NCBI GenBank assembly: GCA_001179505.1
Contig: CDMY01000516.1
Location: 1 to 60,625, forward strand
DNA length: 60,625 nt
Reading direction: 5' to 3'
DNA from: Vitrella brassicaformis CCMP3155
Lineage: Eukaryota; Protista; Chromerida
A program made the position numbers and the translations under genes. This document shows, piece after piece, positions 54,412 through 60,625 of this stretch. A model generated the notes under the pieces. The model did not search any database, had not been told where the DNA came from, and worked only from the letters and a program-made list of their open reading frames with translations. Positions within the stretch are counted from its first letter, which is position 1; the number at the start of each line of letters is the position of its first letter.

Positions 54412-56860
54412 TTGTCCATGCAGGCGTCAGCTCGCGAGCTGCGTGTCCACCTGTCCCTCCTCACTGCTCAGTGCAACGCTGCCGCCACCCAGCTGTCGAC
54501 ATTGGAGCCTCTGCTGGCCAGTGCAGTGGATGCCCTCATAGCCATACAGCTGTCGACATTGGAGCCTCTGCTGGCCAGTGCAGTGGATGTCCTCATAGCA
54601 ACGGCCGCTGAGCCGCAGGCACCAGTAGACACCGTAGAGGAGCAGCCACAGGTACACCTGCACGACCACAGAGAGCTCCATGCGGAGAGGATTGCTGCAC
54701 GTGGTCTGTGCGACGTGTTTGTTTCCATTGTGAGGTTCAGGCTGCTCCTGCTGAGAAGTCTTATCGTTTGATCTACGAGAGTGGCCAGCCGCCCAACAAA
54801 AATGTACCGGTGAGTGATGACGCACACAAGCATCCACTTCCATTCAGTCACACGTGTGTCATATGTACCGGCCCTATAGGCCCGCTTTCGTCTGTCCCGC
54901 GATGAGCCCTCCGACGTCTTCGGCCACCTGCAGCCCTGGGAGCTGACGCGCTACCGCCGGCCCCTCGGCACGCCTCTCTTCCATCAGTCGGCCGCCAACT
55001 ACACCCACCTGGTCATCGACTGTAAGGACGACACGGCGAGGCGCATGTGGGAGACCATGCCGCTGGCCGTGGCGCAGAGATGGGGCAAGAGGGCAACCAC
55101 CGGGCGAGAGATCAAGCACCGCTACCCCGAGTCTTCACGGACTTGGTGCCGCGGGACCTGGGTGGCATTGGTGGAGGGTCGTGTGAGCGGCCGAGCGGCC
55201 ATCGCAGAGAAGGAGAGGCAGGAGGGGCTGGGAGGGGAGGGGGCTGCTGCTGCCGCAGCCGGGCAAGCTTACGACGGCAGCCAGTCGGCTGACGAGAGCT
55301 CACTGGAATTGTTGTCATTCGAGGAGGTCAAGCTTGAGCGGAGCATTCGCATCCCCGACCCGCCCCCCTCATCTGATCTGCCGCCCGCCCCCTCCGCCCC
55401 CGTCCACCTGCCGGCACTCAAGACCGTCGACAATATACCCAGCGAGCGCCTGGCTGCTCGCGTGGGGCGCAAGTGGTGGACACCTGCCGTCAAGACGCTC
55501 ATCATTCGACGCCGTGTGGCTGCGTTAGATGTGGAGGGTGCGAGGGCGTGGCTGCCGGACTGTGACGCCATTGAGGCGCTCGACCTCGACAGCTGGAGGG
55601 CCGAGAGGGCGGCCGGTGTGCTGAGTGCGCTGCCCGCTGACGGGAAGTCGCTCGCAGCGCTTCAGACACTGCGCGGCATCATGCTGTGGGACCTCACGGC
55701 CATCGACAGGCTACGTGAGGTGCTGGTGGCGAGGGGGGTCAAGCGGTCGATCAGCGAGCTCAAGATCGACATTGTTGGTCATCTGTGGAACACAGACGAG
55801 GACTGGGAGAGACTGCAGAAGGCCGCACAGCTCGTGTAAGGACACATCAGAAGGGGAACGGGATTACGTCTGTGACGCACACCGATGTGCTCGTCCTTCG
55901 GTGATTTCTGCAGTGACGCTGTTGCGCATTCCCAGGCGTTGTTGCAGCGCATTGTGCGTGACGGTGGCGGACATGGACGCATAATATATATGGACATGGA
56001 GCTCCTCTCGCGCAGCAGCAGCACCGGGACCCCCACTGTCCAGAAGCTCGCCGGCGAGTACGCCAAGACAGTCGACTTCGTCGCCTACAGCGGAGGGGAC
56101 GAGGCCCATCGTGTGGCCATCACCGACGACACATTCCCCGCCGCCCACACCCTGCGCCTGACACGCAATGCCCTCGCCGATGCGGCCAAGAAGAACCGCG
56201 CCCTCGAGATCGCCTCTCACATGCCCAGCCTGTCGTGCATCCAGGCAGGAGACCACCAGAACGACACTGTGCTGAACGCGCCTGTCAGTGAGATGTGGAT
56301 GTTCCTCGAGCGGCTGCAGGCGGCGCTGGTCAGCAAGGGGAGGGAGAGGAGCCTGACGCTGGAGATGCTGAGCCTGTCGGTAAGTGCATTCGCCGACGAG
56401 CGCCAGAGTCCCTGTCTGTGGTGGCGGGACAGCAATGAGAAGCTGCCGCCGATCAAAGAAGTGACTGTCTATATTACGGGTGAGCGGGAATGGGACAACC
56501 AGCAGTCGCATCGTCTGTGTGCGGTGTCTGTGTTCATTCGTTTCAGATGTTGTAGGGAATGGTCAGTTGGAGACCTTCTACCAGCGCGTGATGGCCTCGG
56601 TGGCCTCCTTCAGCAATGAGCTCAAGGTGGGCCGCACACCACACCACACAGACAGCTGCGGGGCAATGTGTGTGTGCCCACTCTCCGGTTGGCTGAATGG
56701 ATAACAGGGCCACAAGAAGACCACCGTGCGTTTGTGGCACCATGTGCGCACCGACTTTGAGCGGCGTTTCCTGGCTGAGCAGGCCACTCTCAACTTCAAT
56801 GGCGGCCCGTACAAGTTCAGCTCCCATCGCTACGGGCTGGTTGTAGAGCGCCGCACGTGA
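54412..56860 (+). CDS. Member of a Vitrella-type lineage-expanded family of unknown function (F-box/LRR-like repeats possible)
   Basis: LQPWELTRYRRPLGTPLFHQSAANYTHLVIDC..RRMWETMPLAVA..WCRGTWVALVEG..PAPSAPVHLPAL is recalled as typical of a large Vitrella family. GT-AG exons run to TGA 56860; the 5' end is uncertain. Confidence 0.6.
54490..54600. repeat. 57-bp coding tandem duplication (QLSTLEPLLASAVD(A/V)LIA x2)
   Basis: cagctgtcgacattggagcctctgctggccagtgcagtggatg starts at both 54490 and 54547. Confidence 0.9.
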
Positions 56861-56980
56861 CCGTCCGCCGGATGAATGGCTTACCATGGGTGAGGACGTC
56901 GAACGACAAACAGCTGGGGGGTGGGTGCTCGGGGGGATGCTGCGTGAGGGAGCAGCTGATAGCATGGTGGACAGATGGCG

Positions 56981-57029
<49 letters not shown>

Positions 57030-57689
57030 CACCCACCCACGGCCGCCTCGGCCCTCCTATATGCTGTCATGGACGGGCCGGGCGGTGGCAGCTGCTCATG
57101 GATGGGTAGACGTCCCTCCCTCCCTCCCCTGGTATGCGTGTGCGTGTGGATGTGCAATGAAATGGATGGGCGCGTCAGTGAGGATCGGTCCTAGTGCCCG
57201 CCTGAGTGGGTGAAGTGTTTCTTTTTCTTTCTTGCTGGCTCCGTGCTGTCTCCTGAATTCTCAGTGGCGGCTGTCACGCACCCTTTCGGGTGTCATTGCC
57301 CGTGTTTGCTTGATTGCCTCTCGGCCGGTTGATATGGATGGATGGTGAACACTGACTCATGGACGCGATGCATGAGCTCTCCCTAAATGCTGTCCAAATC
57401 ATTACTCGAACGAAGCGAACAACTCAAGAAGACTGATCCACCTGATTGCTGCCGCATTTGCTGTCTGATAGCTTTGTGGCTGCTGTTCCACCGCCAGCAT
57501 ACTCTGAGCCAATTTGTGTGTGAGTTCTGCGCTCGGCTGGTTGCGGATTGCTACACGGTCTGGGGCAGCTCCACATATCATGCACTCGGTCGGTCCCATT
57601 CATTCACACCAGGTATACTACGTCTGTATGCATCACGTCTGTCTGTCTGTCTGTCTCGTACATCCATCCATTTGTCCATCCATCCATCC

Positions 57690-60395
57690 ATCCAGCACGC
57701 ACGGCCATTGTCGCCCTCCCCTCCCCCCCCTCCCCTCCCTCTCTACATCGCACGCACCGCCCAGCTCAGTGTACGCAGTAGCTATTCACACTTTACTGTG
57801 GTTTGTGTGCGCCAGGGGAAGTTAGCCCAACTTGCGCTTCTTGCGCCTCCTCTCCACCTCATTAGCCCTACCGTCCTGTCCCTTGTCCGCCTGCAGACGG
57901 CCCTTCTTGGCCTCTCCCGCCATCACCCGGCCCCCGCCCTCGCCGTGCTGCACCCCGCCATCCGCAGCACTCGGGGCCGCCCGCTTCTTATTGCGCCGGT
58001 GGCGCATGTGGTATCGGTGGCCGTTCTCCTGGGGCTGCTCGTGCACAGCAGCAGCAGCAGCAGGAGGGACAACGGCAGCGGCAGCGGTGGCAGCAGGGGG
58101 AGGTGTCTGAGCGTGGGCCGCCTCGATGGAGGGCGGCTCGTAGACCGGCTCCACCTCGATGTGCGGCGTGTAGGGCTGGATGAACTGGCCGCCGACGTCA
58201 GCCGCCCAGTGCTGAAACTCCTGCACCCAACACACACACAAATGGGCCAGGAGAGGTGGAGAGGGGTGCGTGTGAGGGATGGAGGCACTCTGCTAGTGGT
58301 GTGGATTGGGGTGGCTGGGTACCTGTTTGTCCAGATCGTCAAAGTAGGGGTGGTTAACCGCCTCCGCCGCCGTCAAACGCTCAGCGGGGTCAAACCTAAT
58401 CAGACTGACACACACAGTTGACAGAGGAATGCAGCCATGGGAGGGAGGGAGGGAGGGAGGGTGCCTGATGGGCTGACTTACTCATAGAGGAAGTCGAACT
58501 CCTCGTCAGTGATGGTCACGCCGTTCTCGCCCTCGGCCAGGATCTTCAAGAACCTGACGCGCACCTCGGCCTTGCTCCGCTGCGGAATCCGCGGCAGGAT
58601 GAGGCACTGCACAGACACACAGCCGGACGGACGCGTGTTTGTACTGTGTGTGGTTTGTGGTTTGTGTGGTGCTTTGGTGCCGTGTGTCCATACGTGCGGC
58701 AGGTTGAGCGCCCGCAGTCTGCTGTGCGGCGGCAGCCCCAGCAAATCGATCATCTTAATCAGCGAGCCGTAGTCAGAACCCAGAGGACACTAACACACAG
58801 ACAGACACACACACTTATCTCTGTCTGTGTGTGTCTGTGTGTGTGGCTGTGTGTGTGTGCATGGCTCGGTCGGTCGGCCAGTGGCTGACTCACATCGAAG
58901 GGCGAGCAACGGCATCCGAGCATCCGAGCGAGTATGCACCCTGCACACAGACAGACAGACAGACAATAAGCATCCCGCAGGTGCCATGTGGCCACGCGTC
59001 TTTCCCTCCCTCCCTCATACCAGCAGCCCAGATGTCCACGGCGGTCCCGTGGGTCCGCTGCCCCAGCACCGCCTCGGGCGCCCTATACGATGGCGTCCCC
59101 AACGCAGTCGGGTTCTGATGAATGGCACAACGGATTCACACGTGTCGCTGACACATGGCGTCGGCGGGTCAGTGCGGTACTTACGGTGTGTCGGACGGGC
59201 GGGGCGCCGAGGCTGTCCAGGAGACGGCCGTGGCCGAGATCGGTCAACAACAACTTCTCACTGCATCCACACAGACACGTAGACGGACACTGTGTGTGTG
59301 GGTGTGGGTTAACGCCTGTAGGTGGGCGGGGGGGAATGTTGCATACCGTCCAGGTGTCGTGCTGTTGTTGAGCAGGACGTTGGCGGGCTTGAGGTCGCGG
59401 TGGGCGATGTCGTGCGAGTGAACGTGGGCCAACGACAGCAGCAGCTGTCCAATGCATGCAACACACACAGCAGATAAGGGGCATCCCATGGCTGTGTGTG
59501 CCTCTCTTGCGCACCTGGAACATATAGCGCTTGACCTGCTCGGGCGGCAGAATACGATCCACTTTGACCTTTCGCTGCATTCGCGAATGCATGACAGCAC
59601 AGCACACACATACACACACGATGGTCCATCCGTCGGCTCTGTTGGTTTCCTTCGTTTGTTTGCTGGTCTGCTTACCGGTGGGAAGATGCGGCGGAGAAAC
59701 CTGGAGAGGTCGCCGCCGGATGCACACTCCATGACCATGTAGAGCCGCCGCTCCTTACCAGACACCCAGGCCTCGAAGACCTTGGCCACATTCTGGTGCT
59801 TCATCTTGCTCAGAATGGCCTGCATCACAGCCACACACACACGTCGATAACAAAAGGACATGGCATCATTGCATACACCCTCCCTCCCTCCCTCCCTCCC
59901 TCCCCACCTCACCACGTCGCGCAGAGCCTCGACAGGGATACCCTCCCGGCACGTCGAGAAGTCCTGCACCTTCACGGCGTAAAGACGGCCCGCCTTCCCT
60001 TTGAGCTTCTCCCGCACCTGCATCACCTTGCCGAACGCGCCGGCGCCCAGCTCACCGACGACATCGTACTTGGCATAGAGAGTCGGGTCCAAACTCGGGT
60101 CCACCTCGCACGCGGCTGACATGATGAGTGGACCGTGCTTCACTGGCTGAGTCCCTCAGATGCAGGATGAGCTGTCGAACAGCTGCCGTGCCGTTGAGCC
60201 CCTGCAGGCCTGCTGGGGAGGGGCTGACCCTGTCGCGCTGGCCGTCTGATGGACTCGACGGAGGCTGGATGAGCTGCCGCTACACTGCCGTCCGCAAGAG
60301 CCTCCAAGCCGTCACGATGCCGCGGACGAGACCGGGGGGCGAGAGCGAGTGTCAGAGCTGATGAACGTCAGCTCAAATAGTCGCTGTCCATGACG
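57690..60395. repeat. Duplicated segment paralogous to about 4060-6660
   Basis: Same orientation, shared introns and shared flanks. Confidence 0.9.
57822..60122 (-). CDS. CDK-like Ser/Thr protein kinase, copy 2
   Basis: MSAACEVDPSLDPTLYAKYDVVGELGAGAFGKV, YAVK, PVEALRDV, HRDLKPAN, TDLG and GTPSYRAPE; ends RRRKKRKLG with TAA at 57822. Confidence 0.9.
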
Positions 60396-60625
60396 TTGGT
60401 TGGTTGGTTATTGTGTTTAACGAGACTCGTGTCTGTAACCCCGAGGGGATCCTGTCCAGGTCACGCACTAAACTAGCAGCATGCACATGCATAGAAGCAT
60501 GCACACGGCCTGTCTCCCCATCCCACCCACCCGCCCACTCGACACCCATCAATGGTCAGAAAATCGCTGTCGACAACGGTTGCAGGTATATGAGAATGAC
60601 AGCCAGACATAGGCAAGACACCCAG

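Overview
Intron-rich, GC-rich eukaryotic nuclear DNA with GT-AG introns full of (TG)n, (GACA)n and (GGAT)n microsatellites. The gene content (a plastid-targeted peroxiredoxin with a bipartite leader, BTB-TLDc and other lineage-expanded families) fits a chromerid alveolate, most likely Vitrella brassicaformis; that assignment is inferred, not read from a database. I spliced about 17 protein-coding loci by hand: a C2-C2-NADAR-like gene, two near-identical CDK-like kinases about 54 kb apart, a probably decayed USP protease, PrxQ, a U-box protein, an ABCC transporter, a DYRKP kinase, two NYN-domain RNase genes (one with an in-frame TAG, one fused to TLDc), a TMEM185-like membrane protein, a protein with two NUMOD1-like HTH motifs, a secreted GH3 glucosidase with exon-encoded HYR-like repeats, a PH-PH-kinesin-14 with a degenerate motor, a BTB-BTB-TLDc-like gene, a Vitrella-type family gene and one hypothetical gene. 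The window starts inside a probable CRE-like non-LTR retroelement and has four 300-N gaps. I found no rRNA, tRNA or CRISPR array. The strongest leads are the NYN pair (especially NYN-TLDc), the double-NUMOD1 putative transcription factor, C2-NADAR, the pseudo-kinesin and the HYR-GH3 exon architecture. All domain calls come from motif recognition by eye and need HMM confirmation. Several gene ends are approximate.
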